From IMG/VR virus record IMGVR_UViG_3300042402_003952: a stretch of DNA of 64,000 nt; one strand, 5' to 3'. The DNA is from a virus (lineage: Duplodnaviria > Caudoviricetes). This document shows positions 43,107 through 53,421 of this stretch, in pieces. How positions within the stretch are numbered: position 1 is the first letter of the stretch; the number at the start of each line of letters is the position of its first letter. The notes under the pieces were generated by a model. It was not told the DNA's origin, made no database searches, and saw only the letters and a program-made list of their open reading frames with translations. Position numbers and translations under genes: made by a program.

Positions 43107-44947
43107 TGCCCAAGATCAAACCACACAAAACAGTTGAGCAAATTGCAAAAAAGCATCGTCTTGATGTTTCTTTCATACAAAAGCAGCTTGATATGGGGGA
43201 ACCTATTGAACATGAGCACACTCAAGATCATGAACTTGCAATGTATATTGCTCTCCAGCATCTTGATGAAATTCCAGATTATTACACTCGTTTGAAAAAA
43301 ATGGAAGCAGATGCTAAAAAGCACCATAAAAAATTTAAGGATGTAAATGTAAACGAAGAAGGTCTTCGTGATTGGTTTGGCAAATCAAAATCAAAAGATA
43401 AAAAACCGGGTTGGGTTGATGTTGTAGATGGTGATGCTTGTGCCAGAGAAGAAGGGGAAACTGCTACTCCAAAATGCGTTTCATCCGAAAAACGTGCTTC
43501 AATGAGTAAAGCAGAAAGACTTGCCGCACAAGCAGCAAAAAGAAGAGAAGATCCAAATCAACCGCAAAAATCTAGCGCCGCTAAACCAACTATGGTAAGA
43601 ACAGATAGAAAAACAAGGAAAGAGGAAATGGATTTGCAAGAAGTCAAAGACAAACCAGGTAAAGGTAGTGGTAAAAAAGATGTTTGTTATCACAAAGTAA
43701 AGTCAAGGTATAGCGTTTGGCCAAGTGCATATGCGTCGGGAGCATTGGTCAAGTGCCGTAAAGTTGGTGCAGATAACTGGGGAATTAAATCAGAAGCAAC
43801 TGAAGAGCAAAGATATTGTCCATTATGCGACAAAAGAGAAACTAGATCTGAATGTTCTTATGGTGGAAAAGCATGGGATAAAGTTTCCATCAAAGATCAT
43901 GAATATTCAATGGCAAGATCTGAACTAAAAACTATTGCCGATGCCGTAAAGAGACTTCAGATGAAGGTAGGAAAGGGTGAAGGAGATCTTGAAGCATGGG
44001 TTCAATCAAAAATTACCAAAGCTGCAGACTATATTGATACTGCAGCAGACTATGTTGCGAGTGGAGAAATGGACGAAAGTGTTTCTAAAGAACCAAAATT
44101 AAAACCAAAATCTGGACTTGGTGGAGGAAATCCAACATATCCGCCAGGAAAAGATCCAAAACCGACAGGTGCAAAACTTCCAAAAATAAGAGAAGAAAAA
44201 TTAGTAGATAAAATTACTAAAGAAATTCTTGATGAAAAATGTTGGACTGGATATAAAAGAAAAAAAGGAACTACTAAATTTGAAAAGGGTTCTTGCGTAA
44301 AATCAGAAAATGTTACTATTGAAGATGCAAATGGAAATGCATTTGCAGAAGTTGTTGATATTATTAAACCCGAACCAATTAAAGGATTTAAATCTCAAGT
44401 AGATGAGGCGACAAGACTTCAGGCACAAACTGGAAACGTAATTGCAGTTACTTTAAATTGGAGAGGAAAATATTATTCACTTAGAATGTTTTTTCCTCAA
44501 GTAAAACTTCCAACTCGTAAAGAAATTAATGCCGAACTTCAAAAAGTTTATCCCGGATCAATAGTTGTTTATCATTCAGTTTCTGAAATTCAACCAGGAC
44601 AACCATTGATTCAAACATTTGGTCCTCAAGGTGGAAGTTCTGCTAAACTAGGTTCAAATAAAAATTATGTAAAACCTATGGGAATGATGGGTGAAGAAGT
44701 TGAGGTTGATGAAGATTGGCAGAAAGTCAATCGTCAAGATAGAACTGATGGTTTGAGTTCTGCTGCAGTTAAAGCATATCGTCGTGAAAATCCAGGTTCA
44801 AAACTCAAAACTGCCGTTACCACACCTCCTTCAGAATTAAAACCAGGTTCGGCAGACTGGAAAAGGAGAAGAGATTTCTGTAATCGTTCTAGAAGTTGGA
44901 CTGGAGAAAGAGGTAAGGCAGCACGTAAACGTTGGAATTGTAACTAA
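43106..44947 (+). CDS. modular protein (613 aa): DUF5661-like N-terminus, several small modules, DUF6321-like C-terminus
   Basis: IEHEHT...IALQHLDEIPDYYTRL; WPSAYASGALVKCRK; GLSSAAVKAYRRENPGSKLK...RRRDFC...RKRWNC. Confidence 0.75.
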   Translation: MPKIKPHKTVEQIAKKHRLDVSFIQKQLDMGEPIEHEHTQDHELAMYIALQHLDEIPDYYTRLKKMEADAKKHHKKFKDVNVNEEGLRDWFGKSKSKDKKPGWVDVVDGDACAREEGETATPKCVSSEKRASMSKAERLAAQAAKRREDPNQPQKSSAAKPTMVRTDRKTRKEEMDLQEVKDKPGKGSGKKDVCYHKVKSRYSVWPSAYASGALVKCRKVGADNWGIKSEATEEQRYCPLCDKRETRSECSYGGKAWDKVSIKDHEYSMARSELKTIADAVKRLQMKVGKGEGDLEAWVQSKITKAADYIDTAADYVASGEMDESVSKEPKLKPKSGLGGGNPTYPPGKDPKPTGAKLPKIREEKLVDKITKEILDEKCWTGYKRKKGTTKFEKGSCVKSENVTIEDANGNAFAEVVDIIKPEPIKGFKSQVDEATRLQAQTGNVIAVTLNWRGKYYSLRMFFPQVKLPTRKEINAELQKVYPGSIVVYHSVSEIQPGQPLIQTFGPQGGSSAKLGSNKNYVKPMGMMGEEVEVDEDWQKVNRQDRTDGLSSAAVKAYRRENPGSKLKTAVTTPPSELKPGSADWKRRRDFCNRSRSWTGERGKAARKRWNCN

Positions 44948-44963
44948 TCAATAGGTCTTTATT

Positions 44964-46613
44964 ATGCCAAATAATGATGTATATCTTGGTAATCCTTTAT
45001 TAAAAAAGGCAAACACTACTCACGAATTTACAGAAGAACAGGTTCTTGAGATTGTCAAGTGCATGAATGACCCTGTTTATTTTGCCAATAATTATGTAAA
45101 AATTGTTACTCTAGATCATGGTTTACAGACATTCAAACCATATGATTTCCAAGAGAAGTTAATTAATAACTTCCATAAGCATAGATTTAATATCTGCAAG
45201 ATGCCACGGCAGACTGGAAAATCAACCACTGTTGTATCTTTCCTGCTCCATTATGCAGTCTTTAATGACAATGTTAATATAGGTATCCTAGCAAACAAAG
45301 CAGCAACAGCCAGGGAGCTCCTGGATAGGTTACAGACTGCTTATGAGAATCTACCGAAGTGGATGCAGCAAGGTATTATCTCCTGGAATAAAGGATCGCT
45401 TGAACTTGAGAATGGTTCTAAGATTTTAGCAGCATCAACATCTGCATCTGCTGTCCGAGGAATGTCATTCAACATTCTATTCTTGGACGAATTTGCGTTC
45501 GTTCCAAATCATATTGCAGACTCTTTCTTTGCATCTGTTTATCCTACTATTACATCAGGTAAACAAACAAAAGTTATTATAGTCTCTACTCCACACGGTA
45601 TGAATCATTTCTACCGAATGTGGCATGATGCTGAGAAAGGAAAAAATGAATATGTTTTTACCGATGTTCATTGGAGTGAAGTTCCTGGTCGTGACGAAGA
45701 GTGGAAAAAGCAAACGATTGCGAATACGTCAGATCAACAATTTAAGGTTGAGTTTGAATGCGAATTCTTAGGTTCTGTTGATACACTCATTGCACCATCT
45801 AAACTCAGAACACTCGTGTATGACCATCCCAAGACACGTAGCGCAGGTTTAGATGTCTATGAGGATCCAATTGAGAATCACGACTATTTAATCACTGTAG
45901 ACGTTGCTAGAGGCGTTGGAAACGACTACTCAGCATTTACTGTTGTGGACATAACGCAGTTTCCACATAAAGTCGTTGCAAAATATAGAAACAACGAAAT
46001 CAAACCAATGCTTTTTCCAAGCATTATTCATGAGGTTGCAAAAAGTTATAATGATTCTTATGTTTTATGTGAGGTAAACGACGTGGGTGATCAAGTAGCA
46101 TCCATTCTTCAATATGATTTGGAATATAATAATTTACTCATGTGTTCTATGAGAGGTAGAGCAGGTCAAATTGTGGGTCAAGGATTTTCTGGAAAGAAAA
46201 CTCAACTTGGTGTAAAGATGTCTAAAACTGTTAAAAAGGTTGGATGTCTAAACTTAAAAACAATGATTGAAGAGAACAAGTTGTTTTTAAATGACTATGA
46301 AATCATTGCAGAACTTACAACATTCATCCAGAAACACAATTCATTTGAAGCTGAAGAAGGATGCAATGATGACTTGGCAATGTGCTTGGTGATCTATGCA
46401 TGGTTAGTTGCACAAGACTATTTTAAAGAACTTACAGATCAGGATGTTAGAAAAAGATTATATGAGGAACAAAAAAATCAAATAGAACAAGATATGGCAC
46501 CATTTGGTTTTGTTTCTGATGGATTAAATGAAGGTAGTTTTATTGATGCTGATGGTGACAGGTGGTTTGTAGATGAATATGGCGATAGATCTTACATGTG
46601 GGAATATATGTGA
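44964..46613 (+). CDS. gp17: terminase large subunit gp17
   Basis: PRQTGKST (Walker A), FLDEFAF (Walker B), STPHG, DVARG, DDLAM. Confidence 0.97.
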   Translation: MPNNDVYLGNPLLKKANTTHEFTEEQVLEIVKCMNDPVYFANNYVKIVTLDHGLQTFKPYDFQEKLINNFHKHRFNICKMPRQTGKSTTVVSFLLHYAVFNDNVNIGILANKAATARELLDRLQTAYENLPKWMQQGIISWNKGSLELENGSKILAASTSASAVRGMSFNILFLDEFAFVPNHIADSFFASVYPTITSGKQTKVIIVSTPHGMNHFYRMWHDAEKGKNEYVFTDVHWSEVPGRDEEWKKQTIANTSDQQFKVEFECEFLGSVDTLIAPSKLRTLVYDHPKTRSAGLDVYEDPIENHDYLITVDVARGVGNDYSAFTVVDITQFPHKVVAKYRNNEIKPMLFPSIIHEVAKSYNDSYVLCEVNDVGDQVASILQYDLEYNNLLMCSMRGRAGQIVGQGFSGKKTQLGVKMSKTVKKVGCLNLKTMIEENKLFLNDYEIIAELTTFIQKHNSFEAEEGCNDDLAMCLVIYAWLVAQDYFKELTDQDVRKRLYEEQKNQIEQDMAPFGFVSDGLNEGSFIDADGDRWFVDEYGDRSYMWEYM

Positions 46614-46843
46614 TGGATTTAGATAAACAAATCAAACTAGGACATTTATTGCTTACAGATAGAAGATGTAGAAAATGTGGAGAAATCAAAAACTTAATTG
46701 AAAACTTTTACAGAACAAGAAAGGATAAAGGTCCGGTTTTATCCTCATACTCATATGAGTGTAAAGAATGTTCTATAAAAAGAATAGTTTGTAATAGGAT
46801 GACAACAAAAGTTTTTGATAAATGGGAGTATCCAGACTGGTAA
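46613..46843 (+). CDS. zinc-finger protein (76 aa; CxxC...CxxC)
   Basis: RRCRKCGEIKNL..FYRTRK...YECKEC; ATG at 46613 overlaps the gp17 stop. Confidence 0.75.
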   Translation: MDLDKQIKLGHLLLTDRRCRKCGEIKNLIENFYRTRKDKGPVLSSYSYECKECSIKRIVCNRMTTKVFDKWEYPDW

Positions 46844-46928
46844 ATATATTAACGTCTTGTTTTCGTCTTCGTAAAGTATCTTTTTAATAAATATTTTGTA
46901 GATAAACTGAGACTTTACGGAGAAAAAC

Positions 46929-49115
46929 ATGGCGACTCCTCAATTATCTCCAGGCGTACTCGTCAGAGAGGTTGATTTAACTGTCGGGAGAGCTGATAAT
47001 GTTTTAGATAATATTGGAGCAATTGCGGGTCCTTTTGCAATTGGTCCTATTGAACAGGCGATTGATATTACTACCGAGCAAGATTTAATTAACGTTTTCG
47101 GAAGACCAATTTCAACCGATGCTCAATATGAGTATTGGATGAGTGCATCATCATATCTTTCATATGGTGGCGTATTAAAAGTAGTAAGAGTTGATGGAAG
47201 CTCACTAAACACCGCAAATGCGGGTGTTGGCATCGCTTCTACTACTTCGCTAAAAATCAAGAACTACGAAAACTATAACTCATCATATTCTACTGCAACT
47301 AATTTCACATTTGCAGCAAAAACTCCAGGTTCTTGGGCAAATGGTCTGAAAGTTTGTGTTATCGATGATTTAGCTGACCAAAGAATTGGAGTTTCTACAA
47401 CCAATCTTTCAACTCTTGGAGCAGTTGTTGGATATGGCGTCACCGCCGCAATCACCAATGCTGTTTTGCCGGGTGCAGGATCAACTTCAACATTCAATGG
47501 TTATTTGAAAGGTATTATTACTGGAGTGTCAACTGATGCTACAAACGGTAATAGCATAATTGATGTTAAAATTCTATCTAGAGTTTCTGCAGCAGGAACT
47601 GAGACAAGCATCACTTATGCTCAAGGAAATGGAGTTGCTTCCTTTGAAGCGACTGACTCACTAACATTCGTAAACAACTCTGGAATTAATACAGGTTCAT
47701 CTGCATCAGCAGTTACTATAGTAGATTGGTACGATCAACAGACACTCGGATTAACAAATTCGGTTATTTTCTGGAAGTCAATTGCACCCAAACCAATCTC
47801 TAATAACTATGCAGCTCAGAGAAATGGTAAAAATGATGCACTTCACGTTGTAGTTATTGACGACAAGGGATCTATTACTGGTGTTCAAGGAAATATTCTT
47901 GAAAAGCATCTGAGTCTTTCAAAAGCAGCAGATGCAGTATCCTCAGTCAATTCTCCACAAAAAATCTGGTACAAGAACTATCTTGCAGATTTCTCCAACA
48001 ACATTTATGCTGGATATAATCCATCACTTGCAAATGATTCCGTTTGGGGAACAGTTCCAGTTCCAACAGGATTCTCCGCATCTTATACCAAGTATACAAC
48101 TGGTGAAGGTCTATGGGGACAAAATGCACAGAATATAACTTATAGTGCAATTGGAAACGTAAGCTACACTTTAGGGGGTGGTGTTGATTATTCTGCAAAT
48201 GGCGGAATGACTGCTACTCTTGGTAGTCTTTCGACGGCATATGATCTATTTGCAAATAAGGATGAAATTCAAGTTGATTTCTTAATTAATGGACCTGGAC
48301 TTTCTGAAGAATCTGAGTCGCAAGCAAAAGCAAATAAGTTGATTTCTATTGCAGAAGGCAGAAAGGACTGTATTGCTGTTGTTTCTCCACACCGAGCAAA
48401 TGTAGTTGACCTAACAAATACAACTACTCAGACAACCAACGTCATTAGATTCTTCAGTGCATTGTCATCTTCATCGTATACAGTTTTTGATAGTGGGTAT
48501 AAGTACACCTACGATAGATTCAATAATCTCTTTAGATATATTCCTTGCAATGCTGATATTGCAGGTTTGATGATGAGAACAAACATTAACTCTTTCCCAT
48601 GGTACTCACCCGCTGGACAGCAAAGAGGTGTTCTCAACAATGCAATTAAACTTGCATATAATCCATCTAAACCACAAAGAGATTTACTCTATACCTCAAG
48701 AGTTAATGCAATTATTAGTCAACCTGGAATTGGCATTTATCTATTCGGCGACAAGACTGCACTTGCTTATGCATCAGCATTTGATCGCATTAATGTTCGC
48801 AGACTGTTCCTAACAGTAGAACAGGCACTCGAAAGAGCATCTCAAGCACAACTGTTTGAACTTAATGATCAAGTCACCAGATCAAACTTCGTAAATATTG
48901 TTGAACCATATCTCCGTGATGTTCAGGCAAAGAGAGGTCTTTTTGATTTCTTAGTTGTATGTGATGAGACAAATAACACTCCAGATGTAATTGACAATAA
49001 TGAGTTTAGGGCAGACATCTTCCTCAAACCAACTAAATCAATTAACTACGTTACACTGACTTTTGTAGCCACACGTACTGGCATAAGTTTTGAAGAAGTT
49101 GCTGGTAGAGTTTAA
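46929..49115 (+). CDS. gp18: tail sheath protein gp18
   Basis: QLSPGVLVREVDLT, FPWYSPAGQQRG, SAFDRINVRRLF. Confidence 0.97.
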   Translation: MATPQLSPGVLVREVDLTVGRADNVLDNIGAIAGPFAIGPIEQAIDITTEQDLINVFGRPISTDAQYEYWMSASSYLSYGGVLKVVRVDGSSLNTANAGVGIASTTSLKIKNYENYNSSYSTATNFTFAAKTPGSWANGLKVCVIDDLADQRIGVSTTNLSTLGAVVGYGVTAAITNAVLPGAGSTSTFNGYLKGIITGVSTDATNGNSIIDVKILSRVSAAGTETSITYAQGNGVASFEATDSLTFVNNSGINTGSSASAVTIVDWYDQQTLGLTNSVIFWKSIAPKPISNNYAAQRNGKNDALHVVVIDDKGSITGVQGNILEKHLSLSKAADAVSSVNSPQKIWYKNYLADFSNNIYAGYNPSLANDSVWGTVPVPTGFSASYTKYTTGEGLWGQNAQNITYSAIGNVSYTLGGGVDYSANGGMTATLGSLSTAYDLFANKDEIQVDFLINGPGLSEESESQAKANKLISIAEGRKDCIAVVSPHRANVVDLTNTTTQTTNVIRFFSALSSSSYTVFDSGYKYTYDRFNNLFRYIPCNADIAGLMMRTNINSFPWYSPAGQQRGVLNNAIKLAYNPSKPQRDLLYTSRVNAIISQPGIGIYLFGDKTALAYASAFDRINVRRLFLTVEQALERASQAQLFELNDQVTRSNFVNIVEPYLRDVQAKRGLFDFLVVCDETNNTPDVIDNNEFRADIFLKPTKSINYVTLTFVATRTGISFEEVAGRV

Positions 49116-49150
49116 TTAACTTAAATTAATCACAAAAGGAGGAACTAAAA

Positions 49151-49795
49151 ATGTCTACTTTAAGAACAATCTCTGGATTCAAAGAAAGACTTGCTGGTGG
49201 TGGTGCAAGACCTAATCTATTTGAAGTTGAAATTCCATCTTTTCCAGATCCAATTCAAAATTTTTGGAAAACTGGTGCAGCAAATGAAATAGAAACGTTC
49301 AAGTTTTTGTGCAAAACAGCACAACTTCCAGCATCAAACGTTGCTCCAATCGATGTTCCTTTTAGAGGAAGAATTCTAAAAGTTGCTGGAGATAGAACCT
49401 TTGATGCTTGGACTGTTACTATTATTAATGATGAGGACTTCCAGCTAAGAACTGCATTTGAAAAGTGGATGAACCATATCAGTAAATTGGACAACAACAG
49501 TGGTGCAACAAATCCAGGTTCTTATATGACCGATGCATTTGTTCATCAACTTGGGAGAGGGTATGACAAAGGAAGATTCTCGGACAGAAACAATGGTGGA
49601 GCAGCTCTTCCATCAATTCCAACAAAACCACTAAGAACATATAAATTCTTTGATATTTTCCCAACTAATGTTTCGCCAATTGATCTTTCATATGATTCTT
49701 CAGACGCCATTGAGGAATATACAGTTGAATTCCAAGTTCAATACTGGACTGCTGGTAATGGTGATCAAACCGGCGGTACCGGAGTAATTAACTGA
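49151..49795 (+). CDS. gp19: tail tube protein gp19
   Basis: GGGARPNLFEV, VPFRGRILKVAGDRTF..WTVT, IEEYTVEFQVQYW. Confidence 0.96.
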   Translation: MSTLRTISGFKERLAGGGARPNLFEVEIPSFPDPIQNFWKTGAANEIETFKFLCKTAQLPASNVAPIDVPFRGRILKVAGDRTFDAWTVTIINDEDFQLRTAFEKWMNHISKLDNNSGATNPGSYMTDAFVHQLGRGYDKGRFSDRNNGGAALPSIPTKPLRTYKFFDIFPTNVSPIDLSYDSSDAIEEYTVEFQVQYWTAGNGDQTGGTGVIN

Positions 49796-49827
49796 TAAAT
49801 AATTTATCATAAAGTTCAAAATTAATA

Positions 49828-51507
49828 ATGGCAAAATTATTTGGATTCTCTATTGAGGATAACGAACCATTATCTCCATCTACAATTTCCCCCGTTCCTC
49901 CTAATAATGAGGACGGGGTTGATCACTATTTAGCAAGTGGTTTTTTTGGTTCATATGTTGACATTGAAGGTGTTTATAGAACAGAGTTTGATTTAATCAA
50001 AAGATATCGTGAAATGGCACTTCATCCAGAGTGTGATAGTGCCATTGAAGATATTGTAAACGAAGCGATTGTATCGGATACAAATGATAGCCCTGTAGAA
50101 ATAGAACTATCAAATTTAAACGCAAGTGATGGTATTAAGAAAAAAATAAGACAAGAGTTTAAATATATTCTTTCTCTCTTAGATTTTGATAAAAAATCTC
50201 ATGAGATTTACAGAAATTGGTATATTGATGGAAGATTATTTTATCATAAAGTCATTGATTTAAAAAATCCACAAGAAGGAATTCAAGAGTTACGTTACAT
50301 TGACGCAATGAAAATGCGTTATGTACGTCAACAAAAGAAATCTGAGAAAGATAAATATCGTCTTTCTAACATGAATAGTGATAATCCAATGGATTACGAA
50401 TTTCCTCAGATTGAGGAATATTTCATTTATAATCCTAAAATGTCATATCCAACTACCAATCCATCATCACTTGGAGGGAATGGCGGCGTAAAAATTGCAA
50501 AAGATGCAATTACATATTGTACTTCCGGATTGGTTGACAGAAATAAGGGATCAACACTTTCATATCTCCATAAAGCAATTAAGTCACTCAATCAACTTAG
50601 AATGATTGAAGACTCTCTTGTTATCTACAGATTGTCTCGTGCTCCAGAACGTCGTATTTTCTATATTGATGTAGGAAATCTACCTAAGGTAAAGGCAGAG
50701 CAATATCTTCGTGATGTTATGATGCGTTATAGAAATAAACTTGTTTATGATGCAAACACGGGAGAAATCCGTGATGATAAAAAATTCATGAGTATGCTTG
50801 AAGATTTTTGGTTGCCTCGCCGTGAAGGCGGTAGAGGAACAGAAATTTCTACACTTCCAGGTGGACAAAACCTTGGAGAAATTACTGATATTAATTATTT
50901 TCAAGAAAAACTTTATAGATCTTTAAATGTTCCTACAACAAGAATTGGTGGAGACAGTGGATTTAATCTTGGACGTTCATCTGAAATCTTAAGAGATGAA
51001 GTAAAGTTTAGTAAGTTCGTTGCTCGTCTGAGAAAAAGATTCTCTTATATGTTCCATGACATGTTAAGAACTCAATTAATTCTTAAGAACATCATTACTC
51101 CTGAAGATTGGGAGATCATGAGTGAGCATATCCAGTATGATTTCCTCTATGATAATCATTTTGCAGAACTTAAGGATGCAGAGCTATTGAACGAGAGATT
51201 AAATATGGTTCAAATTGCTGAACCTTACGTTGGTAAGTACTTCTCTCAGGATTATGTTCGTCGTAAAATTCTTCGCCAAACTGATATTGAAATTATTGAG
51301 CAAGATGCAATTATTAAAAAAGAAATCAAAGATGGAATTATTCCTGATCCTAGTCAACCAGTAGACCCACAAACTGGTTTACCATTAGATCAAACTGCAC
51401 AAATGGATTTGGGTCAACCAGTGATGGAACCGGATTTGGAAGCACAAGGAAAAACAACTGAGGCAAGTGGAAAACAAGTAGAAATGCCCAAAGGCGGTGA
51501 GATATAA
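49828..51507 (+). CDS. gp20: portal protein gp20
   Basis: WYIDGRLF, IYRLSRAPERRIFYIDVGNLP, LEDFWLPRREGGRGTEI. Confidence 0.98.
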   Translation: MAKLFGFSIEDNEPLSPSTISPVPPNNEDGVDHYLASGFFGSYVDIEGVYRTEFDLIKRYREMALHPECDSAIEDIVNEAIVSDTNDSPVEIELSNLNASDGIKKKIRQEFKYILSLLDFDKKSHEIYRNWYIDGRLFYHKVIDLKNPQEGIQELRYIDAMKMRYVRQQKKSEKDKYRLSNMNSDNPMDYEFPQIEEYFIYNPKMSYPTTNPSSLGGNGGVKIAKDAITYCTSGLVDRNKGSTLSYLHKAIKSLNQLRMIEDSLVIYRLSRAPERRIFYIDVGNLPKVKAEQYLRDVMMRYRNKLVYDANTGEIRDDKKFMSMLEDFWLPRREGGRGTEISTLPGGQNLGEITDINYFQEKLYRSLNVPTTRIGGDSGFNLGRSSEILRDEVKFSKFVARLRKRFSYMFHDMLRTQLILKNIITPEDWEIMSEHIQYDFLYDNHFAELKDAELLNERLNMVQIAEPYVGKYFSQDYVRRKILRQTDIEIIEQDAIIKKEIKDGIIPDPSQPVDPQTGLPLDQTAQMDLGQPVMEPDLEAQGKTTEASGKQVEMPKGGEI

Positions 51508-51510
51508 ATA
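51503..51510 (+). promoter_or_regulatory. T4-type late promoter TATAAATA
   Basis: Exact consensus overlapping the gp20 stop. Confidence 0.8.
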
Positions 51511-51535
51511 AAAACGATTATTGATAGGTATTAAA

Positions 51536-51688
51536 ATGGATGATCTTATGGATATGATTGCATCTGACGAGTCACCCTCTCAGATTAGCGATAAAATTAA
51601 ACAACTACTTTTTGCCAAATCAGCAGAAAAAATTGATGAATTTCGTCCTACAGTAGCATCTAGTATGTTTGCCCAAGAAGAGGAATGA
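51536..51688 (+). CDS. small prohead-core-like protein (50 aa, MDDLMDMIASDESPSQISDKIK...), not in ORF track
   Basis: Hand-translated; position after gp20 equals T4 gp67; acidic and helical. Confidence 0.7.
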   Translation: MDDLMDMIASDESPSQISDKIKQLLFAKSAEKIDEFRPTVASSMFAQEEE

Positions 51689-51689
51689 T

Positions 51690-52010
51690 ATGAAATCTTT
51701 CAAGCAATTTATCTCAGAATCAGTTAATATTGCTGGCGATTTCACAGGAAATCTTTATATTGGTGCTCAACCAGAACAACCACAACAAGTCGGCGAAGGA
51801 TATGTTGCTGATGTTATGTGGCAAGGAAGTCTATATCGTTTAGAGTTAGTCACTAAAACTGGAGTTCCTTCTCCAAGAGAACTAGGTGAGCAACTGCAAT
51901 CTGATTATCCAGGAGCAGTTGTTCATCAAATTTATCCAGTGATGGAAAAAAACTTTAACATTAAAAACGTACAAAGATACCACCCATCAAAGTTAGAATG
52001 GATTGATTGA
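51690..52010 (+). CDS. putative internal head protein (106 aa, MKSFKQFISE...)
   Basis: In-frame ATG at 51690; CTS-like N-terminus; domain paralogous to a module of 43106-44947. Confidence 0.75.
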   Translation: MKSFKQFISESVNIAGDFTGNLYIGAQPEQPQQVGEGYVADVMWQGSLYRLELVTKTGVPSPRELGEQLQSDYPGAVVHQIYPVMEKNFNIKNVQRYHPSKLEWID

Positions 52011-52013
52011 TAA

Positions 52014-53381
52014 ATGGCTCAGTGGAATATAACAACTCAAGATTATTTAAATCAAGAAAGATCTCTATTTGAAGTTGTTGGAGTTGCAACAAGTGACGGT
52101 CAAATAGTTAGTCTCCAAAACCCATTTCCAGTTACTGGAACAATGGGAATTTCTACATCATCAACAGTATCAGTTATTTTACCTACAACATCAACTGATG
52201 CATTTGGTAGACAAAGGACATCATCTCCACTTACACTTTTTGATTCATCTCACAGATATAGAGATAATAATCTTTGGAGTGGTTTAATTGTCGGCAGTGG
52301 TTCTACAGTTGGTTTTTCAACAGCAGAAGGTTTGATTAATATGACTGTTGGGGTGGGAAGTACCGCATCAGTCATCAGAGAAACGACAAAAGTATTCTCA
52401 TATCAACCAGGAAAATCATTACTTGTAATGAATACAGTTGTAATGAACCCCAAGAAGACAAATCTTCGTCAAAGGGCAGGATATTATGGTGCAGATAATG
52501 GAATTTATTTTGAAGTTGATGGTTCTACTGTAAATTTTGTAGAAAGAAGTATAGTATCTGGAATTACATCAGAAACTCGCATACCACAATCATCTTGGTT
52601 ATATGATAAATTAGATGGGACTGGCACATCAGGTATTACATTAGATATTTCCAAAGCACAAATCTTTTGGATGGATATTGAATGGTTAGGAGTTGGAGAT
52701 GTAAGAGTTGGATTTATAATTGATGGTAAGTTTATTCTTTGCCACACATTCCATCACGCAAACCTAATTTCATCAACTTATATTACAACAGCATCACTAC
52801 CATTAAGATATGAAATTGCAAACACTGGAATTACAACCAGTGCAAGTACACTTAAACAAGTTTGTTCTACTGTAATTTCAGAGGGTGGTTATGAACTTCG
52901 TGGATTGCAACAAGCAATAGGAACACCAGTCCAAACACCAGTTGATTTAACAACAGCAGGAACTTATTATACAGTTGCATCAATTCGTCTTAAAGCAACT
53001 CCAAATAGATTAGATGCAATCGTAATTCTAACTGCACTTTCTATTTTAGGTATTACAAACAATGCAACCTATAACTGGCAAGTAAGAGCATCTGGAACAT
53101 CTAATGGTGGAACTTGGACTGATGCTGGTGGTGATAGTTCTGTTGAATATAAGATTGGTGGAGGAACTTATACTGGTGGAAGAATACTAGCATCTGGATA
53201 TACGTATGGTTCCAATCAAGGTTCATCATCAGTAGATATTCTTAAAGAGGCATTATTTAAGTTTCAGTTAGAAAGAAATGCACTAACTGGAACACCTTAT
53301 GAACTTTCTATCGTATGTGCTTCTGATGCCAATGGTGCAGATATTCACGCATCTATGGACTGGGAAGAAATCAGTAGGTAA
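52014..53381 (+). CDS. hypothetical beta-rich protein (455 aa), probably structural
   Basis: ORF track; TDAFGRQRTSSPLTLFDS and YQPGKS motifs; lies in the head gene cluster. Confidence 0.75.
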   Translation: MAQWNITTQDYLNQERSLFEVVGVATSDGQIVSLQNPFPVTGTMGISTSSTVSVILPTTSTDAFGRQRTSSPLTLFDSSHRYRDNNLWSGLIVGSGSTVGFSTAEGLINMTVGVGSTASVIRETTKVFSYQPGKSLLVMNTVVMNPKKTNLRQRAGYYGADNGIYFEVDGSTVNFVERSIVSGITSETRIPQSSWLYDKLDGTGTSGITLDISKAQIFWMDIEWLGVGDVRVGFIIDGKFILCHTFHHANLISSTYITTASLPLRYEIANTGITTSASTLKQVCSTVISEGGYELRGLQQAIGTPVQTPVDLTTAGTYYTVASIRLKATPNRLDAIVILTALSILGITNNATYNWQVRASGTSNGGTWTDAGGDSSVEYKIGGGTYTGGRILASGYTYGSNQGSSSVDILKEALFKFQLERNALTGTPYELSIVCASDANGADIHASMDWEEISR

Positions 53382-53389
53382 TTGCAATT

Positions 53390-53397
53390 TATAAATA
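53390..53397 (+). promoter_or_regulatory. T4-type late promoter TATAAATA
   Basis: Exact consensus upstream of 53422. Confidence 0.8.
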
Positions 53398-53421
53398 ACT
53401 AAAAGTGTACTATAAAAAATA

